A stretch of 64,000 nucleotides of DNA from the NCBI GenBank assembly GCA_951406725.2, contig OX597814.1, forward strand, positions 135,160,001-135,224,000. Direction: 5' to 3'. A program made the position numbers and the translations under genes. The notes beneath the pieces are model-generated. The model was not told the origin of the DNA and made no database searches. It saw nothing but the letters and a program-made list of their open reading frames with translations. Shown one piece after another: positions 39,636 through 53,769 of this stretch (position 1 is its first letter; every line of letters begins with the position of its first letter). This DNA is from Octopus vulgaris (taxonomy: Eukaryota).

Positions 39636-41255
39636 AAATCACAAAAATTTATAGGGTTGGTGCTTTAACACTGATTTCAGTTGTATCATTAAGCAGATTA
39701 GCAATAAGTTTCTCTGTGAATAGAAAGGATACTAGATGTTGCAGATAGCTTTTCCTGCAGGAGGAAAGAATCAAACTTGGCATTGCAAGCCGATGACTCA
39801 CTCATCAATTTCAAAGTACTGCCACTGCCTATGGTTGTGAATTATACCAGTAGTAGAATCTACTTGGAACTGGATGGACTTTATTGCTATGAGTTAATTG
39901 CCTTAGCCTCAGACATAATGCAGCATTGTTGACAGGCTACAAACTGCTGACCTGGCTGTTTGGCTGGTATCCTGCTAAATTCAGCCATCCATAGTTTCTG
40001 TTGAAAGCGTGACTATAGTGAATCTAATTTACATAATTTTTTATCATGTTCTGTTTTTTTTTAACTTTCAGATTTTACTTTTATCTTAACAGAGTGTTGT
40101 GTCAGTGTGTGTGTGTGTATGTATGTAGATAATGTACAATATTTCACTTGTATTGATCTTTGAATGTACATAACTCATTTTAAAGATATATTGATACTAC
40201 TGTAAAATATCTAGAATAGTAACAGCTTTATGCAAGATCTGTTACTTTGTGATGTGAGTTGTGATGTCTCAAGGTACATCAAGTATGCCTATTAGTTATT
40301 GATATTTAAAATATACAGAGCACAATAGTTCCAAGATTTGAAGACAATATTACAATATGATTGAAAAGTCATAAATCTCAAAAGTGTATGAAGACACTGC
40401 AATTGTGAAAATGCAACCTGTAATATATTGGGCTAAGCACTTCATTCCACAATAAAAAACAAAATTTGCATGTTGGGAAAACTTTAAGGAAAATAAAATC
40501 ATTGAAATGACATTATAGTCAGATTTTCAATATCACAGATATGACACAAATGTTGCTCCCTCTTTGCTTATACTACATATATATACAGCAGATGTATAGT
40601 ATGAGAGAAAGAGAGGGTAAGAGAGAGAAAGGAGCATGTGTGTGTGTGTATGTGTATATGTGTGTGCATTGTATGGTTGATTATAAATGTATGTACATTA
40701 GAAAATTGATTATCTGCAATGTTACTTGTCTATTTAAGTTAAGAATTGAAAATCTTTGAGTGTTTCCATTGCAATAATCAATCATATTTTGAATAAAGCT
40801 AAACAAAAAAATGAAATAGAAAAGAAAGACAAACAAATAGAACAGCTCAACAAAATCGATTTATCAGTGAGACCACACCAGATCAATAAAGAAGTGTTTA
40901 TTGCAACAGGTTTGTCAAAACAGCCATTCAAACAAATAGATTTGGGTTATGTTTAGTGAGAGAGAGAGAGTGTATACCTAGTCAAGCTAGTTAAATATAA
41001 TTCAGGCAAATACTTTGATAGCAAATTATAATGCTGTAATTATGCAGTTTTGGACAGGTACCTAGCTGCATGACACATTGTGAAATATTGATAAAAATCC
41101 CTTGACTTTTCTGATATGAAGTCATCCGCTTTAAAGTATTCATATTTAAATCTAAATTTTCCAGCATAATATAATGGAAAAAAACTTCTGTTATGTTCCA
41201 AATACCAACTAAATACACCAATAAATGAAACAGTTAATTATTAAAATTAACTCAG

Positions 41256-41460
41256 AGGTAGCAAGCTGGCAGACATGCCAGACAAAATGCTTAGTGGCAT
41301 TTCATCCATGTCTATGTCCTGAGATCAAATTTTACCAAGGTCGACTTTGCCTTTTGTCCTTTTGGGTTTGATAAAATAAGTACTAGCTGAGTTCTTGGAT
41401 TAATCTAATTGACTTGCCCCTGCCTGAAGTTGCTAGCTTTGTGTTAAAATTTGAAACCAT
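41256..41460 (+). mobile_element. SINE family B, decayed, with long TSD-like flanks
   Basis: ATTATTAAAATTAACTCA on both sides; body matches 51088. Confidence 0.75.
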
Positions 41461-41829
41461 TATTAAAATTAACTCAAACACGAGAAATGTTAAAGAATTA
41501 ATCTACAGCTTGTGTGTGGTTGAGACTAAAAAGAAGAGAGTAAATTTGATAAAAACTGAAAATTTTAGATAGGTGGGTGTTTCAATTCTCCAATTATTGT
41601 TTTGCCAAAACACAGCTATTATATGACCAAATGTCTTCTAGCTGTGACTAATAATGGGTCCAAGCATGACTATATGGTTCAGAAATTCAGTTCAAAATGT
41701 TATAGTCATACTGATCTATCACATAACAAGGTCATAAGTTGAGTGAAGCCTTGTGAGAAGTTCATTGCATTTGTGTTTGTGTGTACACAAACATGCATAT
41801 ATGTATGTATGTATATGTATATATGTGTA

Positions 41830-41887
<58 letters not shown>

Positions 41888-43694
41888 CATATATGAGGAT
41901 ACCCAAAAGTAATCAGAAATGTTCTCCATGGGACAAGCCCATTGTAGTTCAGGCTTCTGCTGCTAGAAGCCACTTGAAGCAATCCTCATATTCTCAATTT
42001 AGTGTCTATCTACTTTCACATCTGGCATGTAGCACACTGTACACATGTATACGCAAGGTTGATTTGACAGAGGGCGTGAGCTAATGGATAGCACAAATAT
42101 TTAATTGTGGTGAACAACTTGTGGAAGTTGTTCAGCACACTGGTGGCTCAATATCATCTGGAGCTCCTGCCGAGCTCCCATTTGTTGTTTGTAATAAATA
42201 CTTATTGGTTGAGCCAAATCATTTTGAAATCATTTAACTAAGAGAGCACATTTAAGTACGTAATCTGGCCATGGTTTCTTCTATAACACACATTTTTGTC
42301 ATTTGGACAAATATTTTGAAAATCCTAAAGAGATCTTATGAAAGCAATTGTGCACGTGTGAGTGTGTGCATGAATTGTAAGTCAGTTTCAACAAAACAGA
42401 AAGAAAATTTTAGTAGATCAATGAAAGATTAAACAGCTATATTATATTTCTGATTTCAGAATTTTAAAAAATTTGTTTAATAATAATAATTTCAAAACTT
42501 ATGACAGAGTGAAATAGATATTCTAAAGTCAAGGCAACATTTAAGCTGACTAATTAAGAATTTTGGGATTGTTATGTTTTTGTCAGAACTTTTATGGGTC
42601 AATAAGTCAAACCCACTCAACCATTTAGCCTGTTGCATTAGCAACAGCAATTACAAAGAATTGTTGACAAAGAAGAACTGATAGAAAGGGAGGGGAAAGT
42701 CAAACTGTAACATTCGTTTTTCTCAAAGCATGCCTTCCATAGTTATTTTATCAAGATAAAAAAGAATCTTACAGGCATTGACTTTACAGATATGCAGGAG
42801 AGAAATGATAGTTATTGAAAGATAGGAAGGTGAAGACAAAAGATTTCATATGCGTTTTTCTTTAAGCATGCTGACGGGAAGCAGAATGGGAATACAGCAA
42901 AGTGTTGAACCTGGATGGGTTTCCTTTGAAACAAAGTAACTATTTTAGTTCAGTTTCCAATGATTTGAACAACTTTTCAATGTGGTTATAAATACATTAC
43001 ATTCTTAAATTAATTTTTGAGTTAAATGGGCATGCAGTGCATGACTTGCATGCTTCGACTGCATACCACTGATATATATATATATATATAATCAATACAA
43101 TGAGATATTATAATGATATGTTAATATATTAAGATATATTAAATACATTATAATATAGGTGGCTCATTAGCAATTGAAACCAAAAGGAATTAATAAATGA
43201 GGGTGCAAAATAGCACTGGCAATTGCTAGAAATGATAGTCAAAATTTAACTTGGAAAGCCACTAAAAGCAATATCCACATGATATTTACAAGGTTTGGGC
43301 ACAGCAAGCTAAACACTCCTTTCTCTTGTGAGATAAACTCACAGAATGAAATAGTTGGACAAAGCCTTATCACATGATTTCAAAATTTGATCAGAATAAT
43401 CTTGATTCTTGTCAGAGGCCTCCACCACTACTCAGCGTTAAAGAGATAGCCTGTCTCGTAATAGTTCATGAGAAGAAAAAACTGTTATATATATCTTTTC
43501 TTTTTTTCTTTTACCTTTTGCATGTTTCAATCCTTAGACTGTGGCCATGCTGGGGCACTGCCTTGAATTTTTAGTCGAATGAATCAACCCCAGTACTTAT
43601 TTTTTAAGCCCGGTACTCCTATATATATAAACATAAATACATATATATTTACACACACACACACACGCACGCGTGCGCACACATATATACATGC

Positions 43695-43819
43695 ATGGCT
43701 GTGTGGTAAGAAGCTTGCTTCCATACCACATGGCTCCAGGTTCAGTCTTACTGCTTGGCACTTTGGGCCAACCAAAGCCTTGTGAGTGGATTTGGTAGAG
43801 GGAAACTGTAAGAAGCCTG

Positions 43820-43873
<54 letters not shown>

Positions 43874-43916
43874 ATTTGTGTGTGTCTGTGTTTGTCCCTC
43901 CACTATTGCTTGACAA
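43695..43916 (+). mobile_element. SINE family A fragment
   Basis: TGGCTGTGTGGTAAGAAGCTTGCTT head; a minus-strand tail fragment lies at 43510-43620. Confidence 0.75.
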
Positions 43917-44170
43917 TTTATATGTGATCCCATCACAACGAAGGACTTCAACCACTTTCTAGACCTTCAACCCGACCCCCAACCTGACACCTCCACACTT
44001 CTTCATCTGGCCAAACTTGTTTTCTCCTTCAACTGCTTCTCATTCATGGAGGATTTTTACCAACAGCTCAGGAGTGGACATGGGAATGAGAATGGGCCCC
44101 AACTATGTGAACCTGTTCGTTGGCTATATTGAGGCCCAAATATTCTCACAATTCACAGGTCCCACTCCTG

Positions 44171-44654
44171 ATCATCATCATCATTGTTCGACCGTGGTCG
44201 AGACAATGGAATTTACCATGTTGCGCCAGACTTCACGGTCCATCATAGCATTACGGAGGTCCTGTTGCTGGATGCCTGTATCCCTGGAGATTACATCAGG
44301 GTAGGAGAGTGTGCGCCCTCTGGTGTTGCGAGTAGATGGCTTCCAGAGGAGAAGAGTAGAAATTACTTCTTTTTCAGCTCTACAACAATGTCCAGCAAAC
44401 TGGACTCTCCTACCTTTCACAAGAGATGACACAGGTGGTAATTTCCCATATATTTGCATTTTAGTTGGATGGCGCCTCCACGAGAGATTTTGAGCTCTCA
44501 TAAGGAGGCGAGTGTAGGTTCCATCCAACCGCCTCTCAAGCTTCTTTGATAACGTCCAGGTTTCTGAGCCATATAGTAGGATTGGTTCGACTGTGGCTTT
44601 GAATATTTCAAGTTTGAAGTCTCTACTTAGATTTGATGACCAGATCTTAATGGT
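44171..44654 (-). mobile_element. RTE-clade LINE 3' end nested in the PLE RT
   Basis: KIWSSNLSRDFKLEIFKATVEPILLYGSETWTL..FAGHC..MMDREVWR, short (TGA)n tail; open frame. Confidence 0.9.
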
Positions 44655-46139
44655 CATTATATTGATGACTGTATCGGTGAAATCGCAATCTCCTGTGAAC
44701 AACTAGACTCCTTCTTCGCTTTTGTCTAATCCTTCCATCCTGCCCTCGAATTCTCCTGCACTATTTCTAACAGGTCCGTCACATTTCTTGACATTTCTGT
44801 CAACATACACCACTCAGCTCTCACTACCTCCATCCACTACAAACACACTGACTCACACTCCTACCTTAACTTCTCTTCCTCCCACCCTATCCACACCAAG
44901 CTCTTCATTCCCTACTCCCAATTGCTCCATCTATGCAGGCTCTGCAGTGACAACCATGATTTTGAAACTCAGTCTCAACCCATGGCTCGCCACTTCATCC
45001 TTCATGGACATCCCCTCACCACCATCCACACAGCCTTGCCAGAGCATGTTCAGTGCCTCTGCTCTCTCTCCTTGCACCCATCCCACTGTTGCCTGCCTTC
45101 TGATTTCCCTCACCTACCACCCTTCCACCCTGCCCCTCCAATGCACCATTCTCTGAGCCTTCTGGGGACTCCAGTCCTGCCCCTCCCACCTCACACATCT
45201 TCTCCAACCTACCCCTCCCCTCCTTCAAATGCACCCACAACCTGAGTGACCTCCTGGTCCATAGTTTCTTCCCTAACCCCACCTCCCAACCTGGCTCGTT
45301 CCCTGCTCCCACCTATGCTGCTGCACTTACTCCTATCTCTCCAACACCACCATCCTCACAGGCACCCATCATCATCCCTATCATATCACCAACTCCTTTA
45401 TCTGCACTTCTAGCAATGTCATTTACTGCATCTCCTGCTCTTTCTGCCCTTCTCTGTACATTGGTCAAACAGGACGCTGCTTGGCTGACCAGTTTGCAGA
45501 GCACCTCTGAGACATCAGACTCAGCAATGCCACCCTGTCTTGTGCCATTTCCGCTCCTCTGGTCATTCACTACAACACCTATCTGTGTGCAGATTGTCTT
45601 TGCACAGGGGTTCTCTGGACTCCCACCTTCACTGTGAACAGGAATTAATCTTCTCTCTTCACACCTTTGTGCATCATGGGCTCAACTCCCCTCCTCTCCT
45701 CTCTCCTGACACCTACTTCCTCTCTTCACTCCTACCCACCTCTTTTCTCCTCTCTTCCTCTAACACCTACTCCCTCTCTTCCCTCCTACCCACCTCTCTT
45801 CATTGATACTCTCCCTCCACTCCACCTGGTCTCATCCCCACCTCACCACCGCACCCCCACCACTCCACCCCCACTGGCACTGACCACTTCCCAGCATCAC
45901 CACCATGCATCATCATCCGCACATCCACATACTATCATCTGCACACCTACGCACCATCATCCACACATCCACACATTATGGACATACATATGCACATGCA
46001 CTTTCGTTTTGGGATCACCAATACCTTATCTTCCCTTCTTTCTCCCTCTCCTGTCAAACCTTTTTTCATCTAACTAGTCACCATACTTGACTGCTAAATC
46101 CTCAAGTTTTTTATTCTCTCTCTGTTTATTTTCTCATTC

Positions 46140-46175
46140 CTTTCTGTTGAAGAGTGTAGGCTCAAAACGTAAAAG
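46140..46175 (+). ncRNA. Minimal PLE-type hammerhead, decayed
   Basis: CTTT-CTGTTGA-aGAG tgtagg CTC-(A)AAAC GTA-AAAG; G12 probably lost by CpG decay. Confidence 0.55.
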
Positions 46176-46277
46176 ACCTTCTCACTTTCCTGGGCATCAA
46201 ACTAATATATCTGCTTACTGTTCATACACCTGTCTTTGTCTTTTGTTTTTCTGTATATTTCAACTATATATATATAC

Positions 46278-46321
<44 letters not shown>

Positions 46322-46329
46322 TATATATG

Positions 46330-46995
46330 TCTTATATAAAATAGACCTGTGTGTGCATGTATTTGCTTTTCATGTGAAAACGGCTGTGCAAGTTGCTTCC
46401 ATACTTGAGATGTATGAATAATTTGACTTCAGATACATAATAAGCTCTTCAGCTTATTTATTTTTATTAAAATTATATAATATTGCTTTATTTATATGAT
46501 TCACTTCTTTAAAAAGGTTTCTCAATGTCAACTTCCGATATTGATGTAGCAACAAAAAAATTTTCCGTTTTCATTTGCAAAATCTCTCACTCTCTATTTT
46601 ACTGCTTTCATTTCAAGTTTTAATTTGTTATTTGCAAACAAGTATGATGAATTACTGAAAGAAATATTTACTAAGTTCACAAATTTTGCTTTGAACCTGC
46701 ATACTTCGTTAACTTCTGTAAAAAGTTTTTATTTACTTACTTTTTGTGTACTGTGATCAGCTCTATGTATTTGTAGTCAGTCACACACACATGTGTGTTT
46801 TTGTATGTACGTTTGTATACATTTATATATACGTGTGTGACAGAGAGAGAGAGAGTGTGTGTGTGTGTGTGGAGGTGTATGTTGTCATGTATATGTACAT
46901 ACATAAATGCATATGCATACATCTTTTTTGTATGTGTGTGCATGCACGCATGTGTGTGTGTGTGAGAGAGAGAGTGATGTCTAAGTGGGATTCAC

Positions 46996-47032
<37 letters not shown>

Positions 47033-49642
47033 AACTCAGGCACATGTACATACAAAAAAGATGTATGTGTATTTACTTATGTATGTACATATACGACAAC
47101 ACACCCATTCACTCTCTCTCTATCTCTCACACGTCCATTTCATCTGATATTTGATACTTTATTTATGTGTGTGTGTGTGTGCATGTGTGTGGAATTCCAC
47201 AATCACCATTTATTTCAATCACTCTTGTGAAGAACTCATTTTTTCATTTAATCCCCATTTTAATTTTCAAAAATGTTTCCAAAGATGTAGATGATCCGTA
47301 TTCTACAGTGAAGCAAACATGAGCACAGGTAGCCAATGTTGACTTCTACAACTCTGCTAACTCTATTAAGTATGTTTGCAAATATATAAACAAAGGTTCA
47401 GATGCTGCAATATCTTATGCAGAATGGCAGTCAGCAGATAAATAAAAATGATGAAGTTACACATAATATCAGAGGAAGATACATCAGTACCAATGAGGCT
47501 TTTTGGTGCATCTGCAATTTTCCTATTCATGAGAGGCACCCAGCCATCATTCATCTGAATGTCCATCTAAAGAATGTCCACAGGGTTATCTTTACAAAAC
47601 AAACATCCTTTCAACAAGCACTTTCTCCTAAAGAAACTACCCTTACTGCCTTTTTTAAGTTGTGTCAAGTAGATGAAGATGCAAGAAACTTACTTTACCC
47701 ATAATTACCCAAGTATTACGAAACAATAAATGGCACAAGAGGAAATGGTGGGGCTGACACTCTTTCAAGAGTTTACAGTGTCCACCCAAGTCAAGCAGAA
47801 TGCTACTACTAATGGTGCATGAAGCACATGGTCCCAAATCATTCCAAGATTCAAGGAGGGTCATGTGTGTGAAACTTATAGGTATGTATGCTATCAGCAA
47901 GGTATTTTAGAAAATGAGGAGCATTGGGACCTTGCAATGACTGAAGCATCAGTATCAGATTCTTCAAGGAAACTGTTCACCTTTTTGCAATTATACTAAA
48001 CATGTGTCATCTTGGCAGTCACCTTCAGCTTTAGATGAAACATTGTGAGGACATGGCTTAGAACTTAAAGTATGCAGTTCAACAGGCAAACCCAGATATC
48101 AATATTCAGTTCTCTGAAAATTTTAACCAAGCACTGATTGGAATTGAGGATCAAATTTTGGGCATGGGAGATAAAAATTTGCAAATCTGGCTCCAGACTG
48201 CCAAAAATAAACTGTCAAATTAGTGATTTAACTTCAAGAGACATGGCAAGAGAGACAAATTATGACATCACAGACTTGGCTGCATTTATGAATGAACATG
48301 AACCCAAACTTCTTCCAGAACAACGTTGTGCATATGATAAGATTATTTTGTCAGAGAAAAAAGTGGAGCAATCTTCTGTCTTGATGCTCCTGGTGGTACA
48401 GGTAAAACATTTGTAACAACATTGCTTCTCTACAAGGTAAGGTAACAAAAAAGAATTGCAATTGCTGTAGCATCATCTGGCATTGCTGTCACCATTTTCT
48501 CAGGAGGACAAACAGTTCATTCTGCCTTTAAATTACTGCTAAACCTGGTCACAAATGACAGTCCAATTTGTAACATAAGCAAAGGTTCAAGTTCAGCAGA
48601 AGTGTTGCACCAATGCCATCTGATCATTTAGGATGAATAGACTATGTCACATAAAGGTGCAATGGAAACTCTTGATAAGACCTTACAGGACATAAGAGGC
48701 AACAATAATTCTATGGGAGACTTTTACATTTTATCAGGAGACTTCAGATGGACATTACCAGTCATTCTGAGACAAACAAGATCTGATGAAATAAAATAAT
48801 GCATTAAGTCTTCACACTTATAGAATAAAGTTTTAAAATCTCCTTCAATACTAACGTGTGAACTTTATTACGTGAGGACCAATGTGCAGAACAGTTTTCA
48901 ACCTGGCTCCTCCAATTAGGAAATGGGAAAGTACCATTTGATAGGAATGGTGATATCAGTTTGGCTTATATTGCTATCATGGGGAATTCTCCAGCTAAAT
49001 TGAAGAACAGGATATTTCCAGACTTAAGTGATAATTATAATTCACATAAATGGTTGTGTGAAAGGGCAGTTCTTGCTCCAAAAAATGATACAGTAGCAAG
49101 GATTAATCATGAATTAATGAATAAAATTCCAACGGTCATTAAGCTGTCCATAACACAACAGAGCTCCTTAATTCTCTTGAGCCACCTGGAACCCTCTCCA
49201 CATAAACTTTTTCTGAAGGTAGGAGTCCTAATAATGCTTCCAAGATATTTAGATCCTCCTAGGTTATGCAATGGGACAAAGTTGATTGTGAAGACATTCT
49301 CACCTAATGTGATAGAAGCTACCATCATCTCTAAATGTGCCTCTGAGGAAGAAGTTTTCATTCCAAGAATTCCAATCAAATCAACAGACATGCCATTTGA
49401 GTTCAAGTGAACACAATTCCCTGTGTGGCTGCTTCGCAATGTCTATTAATAAAGCTCAAGGTCAGACTTTGAAATCTACTGGTTTGCACTTAATTGAGCC
49501 TTGCTTTTCTCATGGTTGTTCCAAGGTTGGTAGTTTGCAAGACTTATTTGTCTATGCTCGAAACCAGAAAACAAAGAATGTTGTTTACCCAGAAGCTCTT
49601 ACATAATTTCCTTCAACGTGTGATAGAATTTTCGTATTTTTG

Positions 49643-49681
<39 letters not shown>

Positions 49682-49876
49682 GTTATTATTATTATTATTA
49701 TTATCATCATCATCATTATTATTATTTATTTTTGGATTATGAATCCAGAAATGACTTCCCAATTGAAGAATAAATTGAATTAAAAATAACAAATTTCTAT
49801 ACAACATATTTTGCTTTTTTCTTCCAACATATAAGGAACATTTTCATTCCCAGGCAACGCTGGGTGCCTCTGCTAG
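46330..49876 (+). mobile_element. Helitron, internally deleted
   Basis: 5' TCTTATATAAAA, RepHel remnants, 3' hairpin CCCAGGCAACGCTGGG followed by CTAG. Confidence 0.85.
47290..49606 (+). pseudogene. Helitron RepHel pseudogene (Rep C-terminus + PIF1-like helicase)
   Basis: KYINKGSD, GRYISTNEAFW, TTLTAFF, LDAPGGTGKTF, AVASSGIA, SGDF..LPV, LCNGT, FIPRI, FAMSINKAQGQTL; many stops and frameshifts. Confidence 0.92.
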
Positions 49877-49982
49877 TATATAAATTTCCTGAGCATCAAA
49901 CTAACACACTTGTTGTTCATACACCTGTCTTTGACTTTTGTTTTTCTTTAAATTTCAACTATATATATATATATATAAATAG

Positions 49983-50134
49983 TGGATGTGTGGTAAGAAG
50001 CTTGCTTCCTAACCACATAGTTCCGGGTTCAGTTGCACTGTGTGGCACCTTGGGCAAATGTCTTCTACAATAGCCTCAGGTTAATCAAAGCCTTGTGAGT
50101 GGATTTGGGAAAGGGAAACTGAAAGAAACCCGTC

Positions 50135-50135
<1 letters not shown>
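49983..50135 (+). mobile_element. SINE family A, 5' half
   Basis: Head and CORE-like box. Confidence 0.8.
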
Positions 50136-50203
<68 letters not shown>

Positions 50204-50206
<3 letters not shown>

Positions 50207-50815
50207 CGAAGCACGACCTTCGAACTTTAGGTCTCACTGAGGAAATGACCAGCGACCGAGACCTTTGGAAATATGCTGTGCGTGAAAAGACCAGGCAGGA
50301 CAAGTGAGTCCAGCCCACTTATGCATGCCTTTCCTCCCTTGGACACACAAAGACCTGTTGAGGCAAGCGAAGTCGATATCGAACCTCATCCGACAACAGG
50401 CACCTATGCGAAGACCTGTTGGGGCAAGTGAAATCGGAATCGAAATTGAACCAATCCTATGACTGGCACCCGGCAGATGCCAGGACCCCTGGACTGGAGA
50501 TACGTAAAAAGCACCATCCGAATCGTGGCCGATGCCATCGCTGCCTCGACTGGCTTCCGTGTCGGTGGCACGTAAAAACCACCATCCGAATCGTGGCCGA
50601 AGCCAGTGCTGCCTCGACTGGCTTCTGTGCAGGTGGCACGTAAAAAGCACCCACTACACTCACAGAGTGGTTGGTGTTAGGAAGGGCATCCAGCTGTAGA
50701 AACATTGCCAGATAAGACCGGAGCCTGGTGCAGCCTTCTGGCTTCCCAGATCCCCGGTCGAACTGTCCAAACCATGCTAGCATGGAGAACGGACGTTAAA
50801 CGATGATGATGATGA

Positions 50816-50819
<4 letters not shown>
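50204..50819 (+). mobile_element. RTE LINE 3' end: ORF C-terminus plus complete 3'UTR (2 array units)
   Basis: KHDLRTLGLTEEMTSDRDLWKYAVREKTRQDK* at 50307, then UTR and (GAT)n. Confidence 0.88.
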
Positions 50820-50861
<42 letters not shown>

Positions 50862-51087
50862 CAAATAAGTAACAAAGAGGTCTAGGTATCAGCATATTAT
50901 AGCCATTTCAAGTAGCTCCATTTAATTGATCAATGAAAATATTACATCAATTTGAAACAAACTGCTCTCCTCGGAGCAGATGAGCATATAGATTTCCAAC
51001 ACGAAGGATAAAGCATTATTTTTTTAGCAAATTTTCATCAGTACAAGAGACTAAAATAATAATATTGTTTCCCTTTGCTATTTGTGT

Positions 51088-51320
51088 AGGCGGCGAGCTG
51101 GCAGAATCGTTAGCACGCCGGGCGAAATGCGTAGCCGTATTTCGTCTGCCGTTATGTTCTGGGTTCAAATTCCGCTGAGGTTGACTTTGCCTTTCATCCT
51201 TTCGGGGGTTGATAAATTAAGTACCAGTTACGCACTGGGGTCGATATAATCGACTTAATCCGTTCGTCTGTCCTTGTTTGTCCCCTCTGTGTTTAGCCCC
51301 TTGTGGGTAGTAAAGAAATA
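51088..51320 (+). mobile_element. SINE family B, full-length young copy
   Basis: GGCGGCGAGCTGGCAGAATCGTTAG..GGGTTCAAATTCC; TSD-like TATTTGTGTAG on both sides. Confidence 0.9.
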
Positions 51321-52046
51321 TATTTGTGTAGCAGAATGAATTTAAGGAAGAAAATGTACATCTAAAGCCTACTATAATTTAGAGTGGCAGAGGAAAATAA
51401 TGGGGACCAAGAAAGAGGAATGGTGATATAGCTACATTTATAATTATCTTCACCACATTCAAAAGGCTTAATGCAGTATGTTGTCTACAACCCTTTAGAA
51501 TTAAATCCATTGGGAATTAACAGTTAAGTTCTTGTTGATGGTGATAAATTAATTAATGTCAGATACTCTCCCCAGCTGCTATATTACTGCAACCATATAT
51601 CTAGTCCTTATCTACATAAAAATGGATATGTCTTAGATTTGCTTGTAAGATAATGACAGGTAGAGAAAGGTGATAACCAGAAAGAGGAAGAACAGGGGTG
51701 GCTAAGTATATAATGATTATAAAATAAAAGGGACATAAATTGTAAAACAAAAGAGGTCAAAATGAGTTCTAAGTGTGAGAGTTAGAAGTGAGGGTAACAA
51801 GGTGTATCCTAACTTATCAAAATTTATATATTAAAAATCTAGAAAAGGATATTAGAACCCTGTAAGAGAAAAAGAATAGATGAATCAGCCTAAACTTGAA
51901 AAGTGGGGTACTTTAATATATAAGAGAAAGCTCATAAGGCCTTATTCTAGCATATTGCTAAGGTGGCCATGCTAAAACTATTCAACAATGAACAATTAAA
52001 TTAAGATATCATCAGTTCCTCAATTTAAGTACCTAATTAAACTGAA

Positions 52047-52084
<38 letters not shown>

Positions 52085-52122
52085 TGTAAAGACACACATG
52101 TGCACATACACACACACACGTG

Positions 52123-52160
<38 letters not shown>

Positions 52161-52817
52161 CACACACATGTATATATGTAGTCTTGTTTACAACACTGAC
52201 CATCTGCTAAATCTATTGATTTGAATGGTTAGTTCATTGCTGATGTCATCATTTCTTGACACCATTTTATTTGTTATTGTTATTTGTATGTGTCAAGACA
52301 GAGCTTTGAGTTTGGTTCCAAAGCAGTGAGCTGGTATTCGTGATTCTGCCAAATATTCCTGCTACATATATGTATATGTATAACGACTGAAGAAGGCCAT
52401 CACTGACTTTTAAGAACATTGTGCTTTACACTTGTAGCTCTGTTGATGACTAATGAGCCCAGCCATTGATAAGCATACACATTTGTAGGTATTGCAAACC
52501 AAGCTTCCCTCATTCACTTCACTGGTAGTGCGTTTTTGAGCAGCTTGCTCATATGTTGCATGTAAAATGTGTTTCTTTCAAAAACATTTACTCCTTTCTT
52601 TACTTGTTTTTTTTTTCTATTGGTGGCAGTGACAAGCATTACTTTCCCAATATTTCAAAAAATATTCTAACAAAGAATATTTCAAAAGACAAAGAGGCTT
52701 GGTTTACTAGCTGATGATTGGGAACAAATGACTTTGGGAAATGGAAATTGGAGTCTTTCAGTTCATATTTTTATTGAGTCCTGTAATTTATTACTTCTGA
52801 TGGTTCTTATGTTTGTC

Positions 52818-52872
<55 letters not shown>

Positions 52873-52892
52873 ATATATATATATAATATATA

Positions 52893-52953
<61 letters not shown>

Positions 52954-53045
52954 TATATAGATTAAAGCAGACAAGAAAAGGCAAACGGTTTGGCAAGAGT
53001 TGACAAGGACATTTAATTTAGCGATATAATAAAAGGTTTTGATAG

Positions 53046-53137
53046 TCCCTGACAGCTGTTTCTAGGATATCCCAGTTATTGGAACATCGTGTTGAGCAAA
53101 GATTCCATATGCTGAGTATATACTGTCATCAGAGAGA
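53046..53137 (-). ncRNA. Type I hammerhead ribozyme, PLE-type with long stem II
   Basis: TCTCT-CTGATGA-(CTCAG..TGGAA/TTCCA..CTGGG)-GAAAC AGCT GTC-AGGGA; stem I 5 bp, palindromic stem III loop. Confidence 0.7.
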
Positions 53138-53382
53138 GATAAGTTTAAACATATGCAACAGTGGAAGAAAGTTCCTCATTAATAGTAGTTGCTGTGGTTC
53201 ATTATGTCGAGAAAGGGAGGAGAAATCCAATTAAATCCAGTTAAAACAGGTATTCATGAGGTAAATCCATGATCAGAGAGAATGGTGAGGGAAAATGGAT
53301 GCTGGCAGTATATTTAAGCCACAATATATGAATTAAAGTTATCCTGTAGTACTCATAAAAAAGCTTCTTAATGTATCATTCT

Positions 53383-53625
53383 ACACCAGCATCGGTTGTC
53401 AAGTGATGTTGGTGGGACAGACACAGACATACAAACACACACACACATATATATATACATATATACGACGGGCTTCTTTCAGTTTCCGTCTACCAAATCC
53501 ACTCACAAGGCTTTGGTCGGGCCGAGGCTATAGTAGAAGACACTTGCCCAAGGTGTCACGCAGTGGGACTGAACCCGGAACCATGTGGTTGGTAAGCAAG
53601 CTACTTACCACACAGCCACTCCTGC
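53383..53625 (-). mobile_element. SINE family A, 3'-truncated
   Basis: Matches 31281-31691. Confidence 0.85.
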
Positions 53626-53769
53626 AACTATTAAATTTAATAATATAAATTATTTTTACATGCTTTAAGTTACAAAACAATTTGTTGTGATATTCATCAT
53701 ACTATTTCTCTTAGCATTTATAACTTCAGATATATATATGTATATATATATATATATATAAAATACACA

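Larger units (their letters stand above)
43918..46270 (+). mobile_element. Penelope-like element (RT + GIY-YIG + 3' pLTR with HHR), decayed
   Basis: GVDMGMRMGPNYVNLFVGYIE, HYIDDCIG (44655), SNVIYCISCSFCPSLYIGQTGRCLADQFAEHL; ends in (TA)n. Confidence 0.9.

Noticed and set aside
42590-42940. Unique, more balanced-composition segment as a coding exon
   Set aside because: Stops in the frames I translated on both strands
47290-49606. Host PIF1 helicase gene
   Set aside because: Fused to Rep C-terminal motifs, multiply disrupted and bounded by Helitron termini
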